NCBI GenBank assembly: GCA_905178155.1
Contig: CAJINV010000001.1
Location: 6,605,860 to 6,669,859 of the forward strand
Reading direction: 5' to 3'
Source of the DNA: Amoebophrya sp. A120
Lineage: Eukaryota > Protista > Dinoflagellata
DNA: 64,000 nucleotides
The notes beneath the pieces were generated by a model. That model saw only the letters and a list, made by a program, of their open reading frames with translations, was not told the DNA's origin and did no database searches. A program made the translations under genes and the position numbers. Shown here piece by piece: positions 1 through 10,954 of the stretch; within the stretch, counting starts at the first letter, position 1, and every line of letters starts with the position of its first letter.

Positions 1-320
1 ACTGCGTACGCCTGAGGGGCGCAAGAGAATCGTGAAATTTCAGAACACAGACTGCAATCGGATGGCGCATTCATCTAGCGAAAGCGACTGCGACTTTCTT
101 GGTTGGCTTCTACATAGAAATTGTGACGTCGCAAACATTTTTCCGTGTCGGGTAGTGTAGCTCTATTCGCTCCTCGTCTTCGGCGGTTGTTCGTTTTTTC
201 GAATTCATTGTTCTCGTTTGCTTGGCAAGGCACGGACAGAAACGAAACGCAATTTATGCATTGCACCACTCTCCTCGCGGTCTTTCAAGATCGATCTTCG
301 ATCTTGTCCTACGAGCGTTT

Positions 321-3300
321 CTATCCCGGCACCCCAGCGGCGGTGAGAATCCGCTTTGCGGCGGGAGACTGGGTTCGATAGCGCTGCAGGAAGGACACGA
401 GGCGTTCGGGAAGCTGCTCAGCGACGAGTCGGGGGATGCGGATACTGGCCCGGTCGTTGACTCCCGCCTCGCGGCGCAGCAGCAGGTCCGCGGCCCGCAC
501 GATCTTGTCGGCACTGTCCTTCAAAAATTGCAGTTCGTCGCTGGGAGGCAGGCCGTCGCTCGTTGTGGCAGACACGATAAACCTAGCGATTTTCTGAAAC
601 TGACGGCTCAGTTCGGGCACGGAGGGTGGCAGGGCATCTACGGAATCCATTTGCTGCTTCTGCGCGAGCCGAAGCAGTGTGGGCGAGAGGATGCGGCTCA
701 GAAAAAAGGCTCCGGTCACGGAAACTGGGTCCAGGTCGAAGTGTTCCGTACTGGCCTGAACGTATTGATAGTTTTCATAGCCTTGTAAAATCTAAATCGC
801 ATTCTTTCAGCTGCTTCAGGTCTCGTTCTAATGATTCAATACACAGAAAAGGTTTTTCTTCTCGAGGCTGCAGAGAAAGGCAACTCTTTATCTTTGTACC
901 TGAAAGATTCTTTGCAGTAGGATTACGAACGGCGCCGGGAGGTCAAGCGGCCGAGAAAGTATCGAGTCCAAGTATTCGCTGAGCGCCGCAAACATACCCC
1001 CTGACCCGCCATCCAATCCTTCGGCACGCTGCAAAAGCAATATCAGGTCGGGCTCCAACGCCATTAGTTCCGACCTGAGAGATTTCAAATTGGGATGAGC
1101 TCCTAGAGACGTAGACAATCGCTGCACACAAAGAAAAAAAAACAAAAGTGCTACAGCTACTGCAACAACGATACTTAGGAAAGGAAATACCCAGCCAGCT
1201 TCACCATAGCGGACGTGAGGGCTGCGAGAACGCTTCGGGTGCTGAACAGCGTTGCCACAGACCCCTGTGCCTGCTTCATGTCGTCATTGAGTGCGGCCTG
1301 CAGAAAGCCCGTGGCAGATCCGTCCTCTCGGGCGTTCAAGAGCTGCAGTACCGCAATGTCCACACCGGTGCGTTCGCGCGCCGGAAGTTCTCGCAGGAAC
1401 TGCAGAGTGTCGGAGTACTGCGAAGATCTTCCCCCAGCCGACCTTAGCGAATCCACCAGTTTGGCCGCGTCGACCTCAGCTGCGGTGCTGACAGGAACCC
1501 GATCGGCGGTTCGCTGCCTCGCAGCGCGACCACTGGCCGAAGCCAAATCAGGATCGTGGCGTGAGGAGGATGCGCCGGATTGACCCGTCAATAACGGACC
1601 ACCTTCCTCACGATCGACACTGCCGTCGGGCGAAAAACCAGGGGTTCCGCGCCCAGTCGGGGACGGCCGGTTGCGAAACGACGAATCGCCGCCCAGGGTC
1701 GCCGCGCCCCGCTGCGCCGCCTGCACGATCGGCCCGAAGGCACTGCGAGCGCTGCCGAGGTCGCTGCGGCTGCGCGGACTCGTGGTATCCAAAAGTGCGG
1801 GTTGCTGTTCATCGTCCCGCGGGTAGTATTGCGACGTGGTTTCCTCGTCTTGAAGATAATTCGCTTGCACAAGCGGGCTTGCGCGCGTCGGCGGACTTCG
1901 GTCGCGCTCCTGCTCGGTAGTAGGCTGGCGCACTGAGAACTGGTACTGTTCTGCGGTTTTGGAGACGCTGCCACCCCCGTCGCGCACCGGCAGATCCTGC
2001 CAGCCATCCGCCCCAGTGCGCTCGGACATTGGCGGGATGCTGCGGGGCGACACGGAGCGACCGCTCCGGTTCGTCGGCGTCGGAGAAAGCGGTCCCGGGG
2101 GCGTCGCGCTCGTCCCCACAGCTGTCGTCACCACGTCAAGATTTCCCTCGATGATGATGTCATCGTACAAAAAGCTCGGGAACCGCGCCGCGTCCATTTT
2201 CGTGTGCTGCGTGGAGAGTGCGAGAAACTGATTCATCAGCAGTTTGTGCCTCCGTGTCGCCTTCAAAAACTCGACCGGCGGGAGTGCCATCCGGGCGTGC
2301 GCGTAAAACGCGTCTCCCCATTCTTAGCACGGGGCCACCTCGTACTTTTAGAGTTTTCAAAAAGACCGGAGCACGAGTTCAAAACCGAGTTCATTACGAG
2401 TTTAATCCGAGTTCAATAATTTGCCCATTGTCAGTTGACCTAAAAAAGGGCGCAGGTCAATTGACTTTTGACGATTTCCAGGCAAAGTCAATTGACTCTT
2501 CATTTTCGTTTTATGAGAAGCCAGTTGACTTCTGAGAGCTTTTGCCAGAAAAGTCAACTGGCTTCTGCAAAAAAATTGGGCACATCCTTCAAATTTTTGC
2601 TGTCTGTTTGCGAAATGAGCCGAATTCAGGAAAAGACATTTGACTTTTTTTGAAATTAGCATAAAGTCAATTGACTTTTTTTGATGCAAATTCCGCACAA
2701 AGTCATTTGAGTTATTGCAAACCACGCAAAGCCAGCTGACTTTCGACAGAAACGCTGGCTCTTTGCGATTTTGCAACAGGTCAAATGACTTTGCGAGAAA
2801 TATAGGATTTTGTGTGCGTTCGTTTTGAACTCGCACTGAACTCATCTTTGAAGTCTTTTTGAAGTTTTTTCGAAGTACGAGGTGGCCGGATGCTAACCAT
2901 TCGAACAGTAGCAGCTGCGCGAGCAGCTCCCGCCGCAGACTCTGTAGGTACTGCAACTTCTTTTCCTGAATGTTGTGGATGGTCTGGACGCTCTGCCTCA
3001 ACACGGACTCCACACGGCGCTGGATTCCGTCGTAACTGAGGTGGATCTTCGTCAATTGGTCGTGCCGAATTTGCAACCTCTCGTAAAGAATTTTGCGGCT
3101 CTCCGCCGCGTTCGCTCCCGGCCCGGCAAGAACGTCGGAGTTGTTGATCAGCAGATTGGTGTTGCTGGACGTCGAAACTGCGGATGCAGTTCCAGCTGTT
3201 TTGTTTGTCATGAGCCCTTGCATCGCCATTTTGAACGCGTCCAGTGTGCTGACCAGCGGGTTGTCGGCCATTTCGGGGCTGGAGTGGGAACCGATGAGGA

Positions 3301-4540
3301 TGCAGTGGGAGCACAGAAGTTGCGAGGTCTTCAGACACACCGCCTCGTAACGCTCCCGCGGGTGTATTGTGCACATACCGAATTGGTAGGGGGAGTGTTC
3401 GATCCCCACCCGTCGATGCTTTTGCAACAACGGGTCTTGCCGGTGGTGCGCGTCGTCACAGGTTTCGCAGAAATGCGCCCGATCATTCAGACAATACACC
3501 GTCGCTAATTCTTCATCGCACACTTCGCAGATGAAGGGCGGCGTTCGTACTGGAATGCCGGTAAATTCCACCTCCAGTAACGCGATCGGATACACCTGCT
3601 GCGTCGCCTGCACGGTGTAGCGAAAGCCAAATTCATCCGCTGCAGCGACATTCTTGCCGCCATCACTCCCGCCCGGAGACGCGCTTCTAGACCACGCAGC
3701 ACGTCTTGCAGAAGTAGCTTTGCTGCGGTAGCCACCGAGAATGGTTTCGTCCTCGTCCTCGATGGTTCGACCTAAAGCCCCGAGCGCCCCGCCGGATTTC
3801 TCCGTGTTTCTTTCACACACTGAATCGTATCCGGGCGGGCACGGAGTCGCGTTCTGTGTCAGAAGTCCTCCACCGGCATGATCATCTTGCAGTCTATTTG
3901 TAATCGGTGATCCGGATAGTACACCACTTCGGTTCTTTGACCCCACTGCAGCTGCTGTTGAAAACAATCGCTTTTCCTCGTCGTTAATTCCGGGCGAGTA
4001 TGTTCTCCCCAATGCCACATGCACCAGCACGAACGCATGCCGTTTCGCTGCGGACCTGTCTTTCAGGTCCACGCTTCCAAAACTGAACTGGACCGCGTCG
4101 GGGTCGAAGCGAAAGTGTGCGGTGTCGGCGAAGTCCTGCGCGGTGGGCATGTCGGGCCGCAGCTCCTGTAGCGGCACCCAACACCCCACGACGGGCCCAG
4201 CGAAGAATTCCCGCGCGTACCGGTGAAAGACGGTCTGCTGAGCGGGCCCGCCGAGGCTCCATGCGCGCGCCGCGTGCAGCTCGCCGGTGCCTAGACACAC
4301 CTGCAGCCAGTACTCCCACGCCTGCGCCGTTGGGTCGCCAACGGCAATTTCTCTGGCGTCCAACCGGTATCCCTCCAGCAACTCGCGGCGCCGGGACGAG
4401 GTTGCGCCTCCAGCTTTGCTCGCGACTTGTTGGGTAGAGACATCCTCGTCGTTTTTCTGATTGTTCCCGAAACCCCTTTGTGCTGCGCCGCGCGCGCTAG
4501 CTTTGCCCTCGGCTGCGCGTGCGGGGGGAGAATTAAGCAT
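321..4540 (-). CDS. Multi-exon protein: PARP/ART-like N-terminal domain, two B-box zinc fingers, coiled coil, low-complexity linker, degenerate RasGAP-like C-terminus
   Basis: Joins ORFs 2402..4585, 1175..2290, 888..1145 and 321..719 via introner 2324-2896 (gives ...LFEW|GDAFYAHARM...) and GT-AG introns 1122-1204 and 756-899. B-boxes: CEVCDEE...CLNDRAHFCETCDDAHH and CTIH...C...LLCSHCILIGSH. ART-like motifs: VHVALGR, PPGYDSV, QVYP. The start ATG at 4540 is a guess. Confidence 0.7.
2324..2896. mobile_element. Introner/MITE, distinct family (TTAGCA...TGCTAA ends, 6-bp TSD)
   Basis: TIR TTAGCAnnnGGCCACCTCGTACTT...TTCAAAAAGAC at both ends. Direct repeat CCATTC at 2318-2323 and 2897-2902. Removal restores the host frame. 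Confidence 0.9.
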
Positions 4541-5536
4541 CTTGATCTTCGTCGTATCGTCGTCGATGCGACCATGCAATGACACACAAGGCGGTCCTCC
4601 CCGATTTCAACATAGTGATCGAGTTCGAGAGGGATTCCGTTATACGTGACGAAACGGCATGCGCAGCTCAACAACACTTTCACATGTAGAATGAACCACG
4701 ATCAAACAGAAACGAAGGCGCAGAAGGTACAGATTTGTAAAATGTTCTAGTTCTTTTGAAAAAACCGGGCTGAAGAAGATTGGCTGTAGCGGCAAGATGT
4801 ATCGATGAATCGACTGCAACCATCAAAGTCAGCAGTGAAGCTGTTAGTGCTGGAAGAAAGACAAACGACTTTAGCGATTGTACGACCTCACCTGGAAATT
4901 GTTCAAAAGAATTAATTCGAGGCACAAAATTTTCGATATGAGATTTCGCGAAAAGTTACGATGACGATTACGACCTGACCTGCCTGTGAAGCAACGCCAA
5001 GATGAAGATCGCGATGCAAAACCGAATAATAATTTATAAAGCGAAACCGGCACGACGAATTACAACGATAAAGCGAGGTGCGACTTCGATCTCATGTTCC
5101 TCGATAAACCACGACAATCTCCAGGTCTACGTACATTCCGTTTCCGTTTCCGAGTTGTATTACGTTACATCACATAAGTAAAACTGATAATGACTACGGA
5201 ATTGCATTCAAATTGTGCTGTGATAGTGATCAGTTCGTGCAACAGAACGCGACAGCCATGGTCGAAATGTCCATCATGTGTTTCTAGTTTCTTTTCTTGA
5301 ATGGCTACCGCTGGCCTCCGGTTGTTCGAAAGCAAATTCAATTTGAAGAGGAGTCTTCGTTCGTTCGCGCTCCTCCAAAAAGATACTGTCCTCTTAATCG
5401 AGGAGTTCGTCATATTGAGGCACAAGTAAGGAAGTGCCATACTTAAACTAAAAGTGCCTGGATCGCTTCGGGCTCACGAGCTTTCAGAAGCAATCGGGAC
5501 ACCTCGGTGACAATGTCAATGGCACTGCTATTGCAT

Positions 5537-8500
5537 TTACTTCAACTTCTCCTCAACTACTGAATACGATGGTGCCGCGAAATTTGCAGTACGCCGCAGC
5601 GCCGCAGCTGTTTCTGGGCCGTAGCTATCTAACATGTAATTCAAATGAGAGTCGCTGTTTTTTATCAACTCCCAAGGTGCGCCGTCCTCGGCCACTCTTC
5701 CGTCGGACATAACCAATATCCGATCGAAGTCGATGATAGTCTGCAGTCGATGCGCCACCGTGATCAGAGTGCAATCGTGAAACTTCCGGCGCACCAGACC
5801 CTGTACAAGCCGATCGGTGTGGTTGTCAATGTTAGCCGTGGGCTCGTCCATAACGACGATCGGCCGCTTTTTCAGAAGCGCGCGGGCAATCGCGAGCAAC
5901 TGCTGCTGTCCGGCTGATAGACCCAGTCGGTTCGTGTTTGCGCGAGGCTGCTGACGATTGGTTGGGGACGTCGGGGGCGATGCAGATGCTGATGCTTGCA
6001 CAGGAGACTGTTCTTTTCCGTTCGTCGACGCAGCTGGAGAGGCGGGAGGTAGGCTGGGCGAGTCCGACCCTGCTTTCAACCTGGACTTTGACGAGGTGGC
6101 ACCCTTTTCAACACCTCCGAGATCTTTACTCACCCCGTCCTTCGAGCTGACGCGCATGTGCAGCAGCTCCGGCACTTGGTCGGATCCAAAACTCAAACTT
6201 TCGTGCAGACCGACTTCCTCCAGGATCCGAATCAGTTCCTCTTCTTCGTGCTCCCCGAAAGGGTCGAGATTGTTCGCGAGCGTACCCTCCAGTAACAGCG
6301 TCTGCTGAGGAATCACGGTGATTTGCCGCCGCAATTGCTGCAGCCCCATGGAATACGTGTCAATGCCGTCGATTTTGATGTACCCAGAAGGGGAGGATTT
6401 TTCATCACCAACACCTGCCGAGCATTCTATTTCCACCAAACGGAACAAGGCAACGAGCAAGCTGCTCTTCCCCGCCCCTGTGCGTCCGATGATGCCAGTC
6501 TTTGTCCCTTTTAGAAATTTCACGTTGACGCCCTGCAAGCTAAGCGGCAGGTGGGGACGGTAGCGGAGGCAAACGTCGGAAAACTCGATGTGAACTTGCC
6601 GGACACCTCCAGTGGGCGCTGCTGCGACAAGCTGGTTCATATCTGCGACCGGAGCAGGATTTTTTCCGGCCACCACAACACCTGCGCCTGTGTACCAAGG
6701 CGGATCTTGGGGCACGAACTCCTTATCCTGCAGCTCCAGCACCCGTTCGAGACTCACCATCATGTTCAGCGTGTAGCAGATGATGAGTACCAGCAGCGAG
6801 AAGAAGTAGGGGAGCACAAAGGAGTAGGACAGCGCGATGCCCACCTCGCCCGGCTCGAAGTCGTTGCGCAGACTCAGCATCAGGATGGCCGCCGCAATGC
6901 TGATGGCGTAGGCGGCCAAGCTAGCCCAGAGGAATCCCGCGTGGGTGACGGTCTCCGCAAAATAGCGGTAGCGAAGGTATTCCGACAAAAATTCTGCCAT
7001 GCGGGTTTGAAAAAACTTTTGCAACTGCATCGAATGGATGACTTCCCGGCCGGTATTGCCGGACTCCTCCAACATCGTCATCACTGGGCCGAAGGACTGG
7101 TTGGTTAGGCGCTTCGACTCCATAGAGAGTAACGCCACCCGCTTTATGATCAAGTAGAAAGTCGCCAGCGAGACGACCAAGACCGGGATCACAATCGGCA
7201 CCACGATGGCGATGACAACGACTAGTGCCGTGACCGCAAAGAAGAAATGGGCGGAGTCGTCCAAAAAAAGCAGTAGAAAATGGTCCACGGCACTGAGATC
7301 AGCGCCGAAACGGGAGAGAATGCGGCCGGACGGGGTCTGCTCGAACCAAGTCCACCGTGCGTGCATGACTGTGGTCGCGGCGTCGTTGTGCAACTGTTTG
7401 CAGGCGCGGTTCATGGCTACCGCGTTGAACAGAGACAAGGCGAATAGGCCGCACAAGTGGGTTAGGGTTAGGCCTACGTAAACCAAAATACGCTCTGTTT
7501 GGGAGTACTTGGAATTATCGTTTTCGTTCTCGCTGGACGTGACCCAGTCGGCCAGCCACAGGTCGGTCAATGCCATGGCTGTGTAGCAACACAGTGCGAT
7601 CGAGACCACCTTCGTCAGGTACGTGTACCGCCCGAGGCTGTTGAAAAACGGCCGCAATGTCTGCGCCGTGGAAATGCGGCCCGTCTGCGCCATCTCCTTT
7701 GCAAAAACGTCGCTTTTAGTCGACCTTGTCACTGTCAGATCTTGTTTGGACGATGGGGGGTCGCCATCTTTAGAGGAGCAATCCGCAGCTTTTTTCTTTG
7801 CTGCAGAAGCATCTGCTGGGTCTTGCTTTTGCGTTGCCTTTATCTCAAAGTCAATCTCCTCTGCAACCAGCGCAGCGTCCGTTTCCGCGGGTCCTGAAGA
7901 TGAGCACAGGCCAATTTCGGGATTCGCATCCTTTTCATCTTCTGCTGTGTTTTCGGAGTAAAAGCGCCTGAGTCCGGCGCTACCCCCTTCGTCCTTTCGC
8001 AGCAACTCCGCTAGCGTTCCTTGTGCACTGATCTGCCCCTTCTCAACAAACAACACATAGTCACACCTGGGGAGAAAGTGCAGCTGATTCAGGGCGATTA
8101 TCACGGTCTGCCCAGAAAGACGTTTTGCGAAGACGTTGTCGAAGATCGCATTTGCGACGTGCCCGTCGACAGCTGATAGGGCGTCGTCGATGACCAACAA
8201 ATCTGGGTCACCATAGACAGCTCGCGCGAGCGCCAACCTTTGCTGCTGGCCTCCCGATAGCGTGGTACCTCTTTCCCCAATTTCCGTCTCCCAATTCCAC
8301 GCACCACGCTCCATATCATCAACCAGTTGGCTTTTCCGAACGGCCTCGTTGAGAAGGGCGCTCGCTTGCTCTCCTTGCTCATCCGGGTCACACCGACCCA
8401 TCGAAATGTTGTCGCGAATGGTACCGGATAAAACAAAGGGCTTTTGAGGCACGTAGCCAATGTGTGAACTCAGTGGCTGTGCGTTTGCTGTTGCTTGCAC

Positions 8501-10318
8501 TTCGTCCTCCTTCCTTTTCCATTTGTACTGAACTTTTCCTTTTCTCTTCACCATGCTACCGAGGAGGGACAGCAGCAAACTCGTTTTTCCGCAGCCAATG
8601 CTACCAACGACCGCAACCAGGTCACCTCTTCTCACTGCGAAATTCAGATTGCGAAGCAGAAACGCAGAATGGTTGCTGGCTCCGTTTTCTCCTCCTGCAA
8701 CAGGCGTTTCCACCAGAGTCGAGTTCAATTGTTTTCCAGGGCTGCTCTCCTCTTCGAGTTTGGCTGCATCCTCGGGCCTTTCTGGAGTCCAGGCAAAGGA
8801 CGCATCGACAACTTGCAGAAGTAGGTCCTCGCTGGCAGCGTCAGCGAGGTGCGCTCTAGTCGAATCTTGAACTTCACTTTGCGTTCCTTGGGATCGCTTC
8901 TTCATCCCCTGCTGCTCCGCCGTACCATCATCCGCAGCGAACACCGCTTCGTACTTTTGAAAGTTTTCCTGGTCAGGACTTTGGTGCAGATAGCTTTCCA
9001 GCCGCTGGATCACAACTTTCCACGTGAAAATCGCGTTGACGCAAATGGGCAAGGTGATCATAGGCAGCCGCAAACTCAAGAACGTCGTGATCGTGGCAAA
9101 GACGTTGGCCGCCGTCAACCGGTCTCCGCGCAGGGCCATGAAGACGAACGTGGCGCACGCCGCCATGGCAGGCGAATTCCGGCCCAGACTGATGCACATG
9201 ATTTGGTAGGCCCGGTGCCGGAGAATCTCCCGCAGTTCGCGCTTCCGTTTGTCGAACAGGAGCTGCAAGTAGTTTTCCTCCCAGGTAAGGTATTTGACCT
9301 GCTGGATCCCCGACACCATCTCGCGCATCGTTCCCAGCCGCCCGTCCGCGATCGCAGTTTCTTTCTTGATGATCGGCGCCATGACTTCGCGCGAAACGAA
9401 AGTAGAGAACACGATGTACCCCGCCATGAACCCGACGCCAACCAGCGCGGGCGCGCCCACGAAGTAGACTAAGCCAACCAGTCCACTGGCGATTCCCACC
9501 AGACTGGCGGCAAAGCCGTAAACACCGATCCGCAAGTCGTCGCACACACGCAGGAGGTCGTTGCCGATCAGTGTCAGCTCGTTGGTGCCCGTTGCAGTCG
9601 TGTTGGGCTTCGGTTTTTTTGCGGTTGATGTAGGACTAGGACTTTTATTTATTTTTCCGCTGTTACGGGTCCTTCGCATCACTTTCAAGTGCACAACCGG
9701 AATGATCCAAGCAAGCAAACCACGAACGAAATCCGCGCAAACCAGCTGCCGCAAACGGATGATCAGAATCCCCTCGGCGACCAGAATGAAGGCGAAAACA
9801 AACAGAAGGATGACCAACTCGCTTGTCTCCGTCGCTTCATCCATGGAGGCATCCACAACAAGCTTCAGAAGAACCGGGCGCGCTAGGTTGGTGAGTACCC
9901 CCTGTACGAAGGACAACGCGAGCACGACTAGGAGTGTCTTCCTGCCTTGGAACCATATTTCGTTCCACAGACCCCAGGGTTTGGCTGTCGCAGCTGGAGC
10001 GGTGGTCATCTTCTCGCCGACCTGCGAGCTGCTTCTTTCGAGCTTGGCCAAAATCTCATCCGCAAGGAAAGGCGCAGGTGGTGCAGTAGGTGATTTAGAG
10101 CCCGGGCTAGCGCCAGAATGAGAAGATCCGGGTCCATTCACAATCGAATCCGCGGAAAACTGTCGGAACTTCGGAATATCCGTTACCAGCCGCTCCGGGT
10201 CATTCGTCAGTGATAGAAAAGGCAGGATCCAAGCGAACGTCAGACTAGAGAAAAAACCTGGCTCGGGGACCTCGGTGGTGCGCGAGGAAGCGCCCGGCTT
10301 GCCGGCGTCTTCGCTCAT
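5537..10318 (-). CDS. ABCC/MRP-type ABC transporter (TMD-NBD-TMD-NBD), intronless copy
   Basis: 1593-aa ORF. Walker A GSIGCGKTS and GRTGAGKSS, signatures LSGGQ and LSAGQ, Walker B LLVIDD and VVMDEPTA, TPSGRILSRF, ITVAHRL. Confidence 0.95.
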   Translation of the reverse strand: MSEDAGKPGASSRTTEVPEPGFFSSLTFAWILPFLSLTNDPERLVTDIPKFRQFSADSIVNGPGSSHSGASPGSKSPTAPPAPFLADEILAKLERSSSQVGEKMTTAPAATAKPWGLWNEIWFQGRKTLLVVLALSFVQGVLTNLARPVLLKLVVDASMDEATETSELVILLFVFAFILVAEGILIIRLRQLVCADFVRGLLAWIIPVVHLKVMRRTRNSGKINKSPSPTSTAKKPKPNTTATGTNELTLIGNDLLRVCDDLRIGVYGFAASLVGIASGLVGLVYFVGAPALVGVGFMAGYIVFSTFVSREVMAPIIKKETAIADGRLGTMREMVSGIQQVKYLTWEENYLQLLFDKRKRELREILRHRAYQIMCISLGRNSPAMAACATFVFMALRGDRLTAANVFATITTFLSLRLPMITLPICVNAIFTWKVVIQRLESYLHQSPDQENFQKYEAVFAADDGTAEQQGMKKRSQGTQSEVQDSTRAHLADAASEDLLLQVVDASFAWTPERPEDAAKLEEESSPGKQLNSTLVETPVAGGENGASNHSAFLLRNLNFAVRRGDLVAVVGSIGCGKTSLLLSLLGSMVKRKGKVQYKWKRKEDEVQATANAQPLSSHIGYVPQKPFVLSGTIRDNISMGRCDPDEQGEQASALLNEAVRKSQLVDDMERGAWNWETEIGERGTTLSGGQQQRLALARAVYGDPDLLVIDDALSAVDGHVANAIFDNVFAKRLSGQTVIIALNQLHFLPRCDYVLFVEKGQISAQGTLAELLRKDEGGSAGLRRFYSENTAEDEKDANPEIGLCSSSGPAETDAALVAEEIDFEIKATQKQDPADASAAKKKAADCSSKDGDPPSSKQDLTVTRSTKSDVFAKEMAQTGRISTAQTLRPFFNSLGRYTYLTKVVSIALCCYTAMALTDLWLADWVTSSENENDNSKYSQTERILVYVGLTLTHLCGLFALSLFNAVAMNRACKQLHNDAATTVMHARWTWFEQTPSGRILSRFGADLSAVDHFLLLFLDDSAHFFFAVTALVVVIAIVVPIVIPVLVVSLATFYLIIKRVALLSMESKRLTNQSFGPVMTMLEESGNTGREVIHSMQLQKFFQTRMAEFLSEYLRYRYFAETVTHAGFLWASLAAYAISIAAAILMLSLRNDFEPGEVGIALSYSFVLPYFFSLLVLIICYTLNMMVSLERVLELQDKEFVPQDPPWYTGAGVVVAGKNPAPVADMNQLVAAAPTGGVRQVHIEFSDVCLRYRPHLPLSLQGVNVKFLKGTKTGIIGRTGAGKSSLLVALFRLVEIECSAGVGDEKSSPSGYIKIDGIDTYSMGLQQLRRQITVIPQQTLLLEGTLANNLDPFGEHEEEELIRILEEVGLHESLSFGSDQVPELLHMRVSSKDGVSKDLGGVEKGATSSKSRLKAGSDSPSLPPASPAASTNGKEQSPVQASASASPPTSPTNRQQPRANTNRLGLSAGQQQLLAIARALLKKRPIVVMDEPTANIDNHTDRLVQGLVRRKFHDCTLITVAHRLQTIIDFDRILVMSDGRVAEDGAPWELIKNSDSHLNYMLDSYGPETAAALRRTANFAAPSYSVVEEKLK

Positions 10319-10954
10319 TTTTTTTTTTGCTGTGGTATGGCTTCACCACTTACATATTTCGTCTTGGTCGACGTTTTCTTTAAATGCTAGATTTACTACA
10401 TGCTGTACTGTCAATATCGCCAACACGTCCCGTACACAGACACGTATGACTACGCAGCCGGTGGGAGAAAAATTGCAACACCGATGAGAAATTACCATCT
10501 CTTCAGACTTCCAAAGCGAAACCAACACCACGACTACATTTGAGATTTTCGTATGTAGGTTCCATGATCTTTCAAGACCATGAGTACGATTTTTGGCTTA
10601 GGCTTTGGGTTACGATAGCGATAGCGGAGAAAGAGCGGAACAAACAGCGATAACGGGAAAGAACAAAACGAACCAATACCAGAAGCATCGAAGTGAATAC
10701 TTGGCGGCAAGGGCGTTTGAGATGAACAGCCACTACCAGAGAACAAAGCCGAAACAGCACCGGGAGGCATCGGCTACGGAGAAAACATCAACTCAACCTG
10801 TGCGATCCTGGAGAAATCGTTTTCACTTTCGTATTAATTTTGAAGAGGAACTTCTGATTTCCTCCAAAGTAAAGTGCAATCGTTTTCGTCCGCAGTAAGT
10901 TCATTCGTCACCCGGAGAAACAGATCTTGCAGGTGTATCAAACTGTACAAGTTT

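Noticed and set aside
10588-10602. ATTTTTGGCTTAGG resembling a dinoflagellate spliced-leader relic
   Set aside because: Short partial match on the strand opposite to the genes, likely chance.
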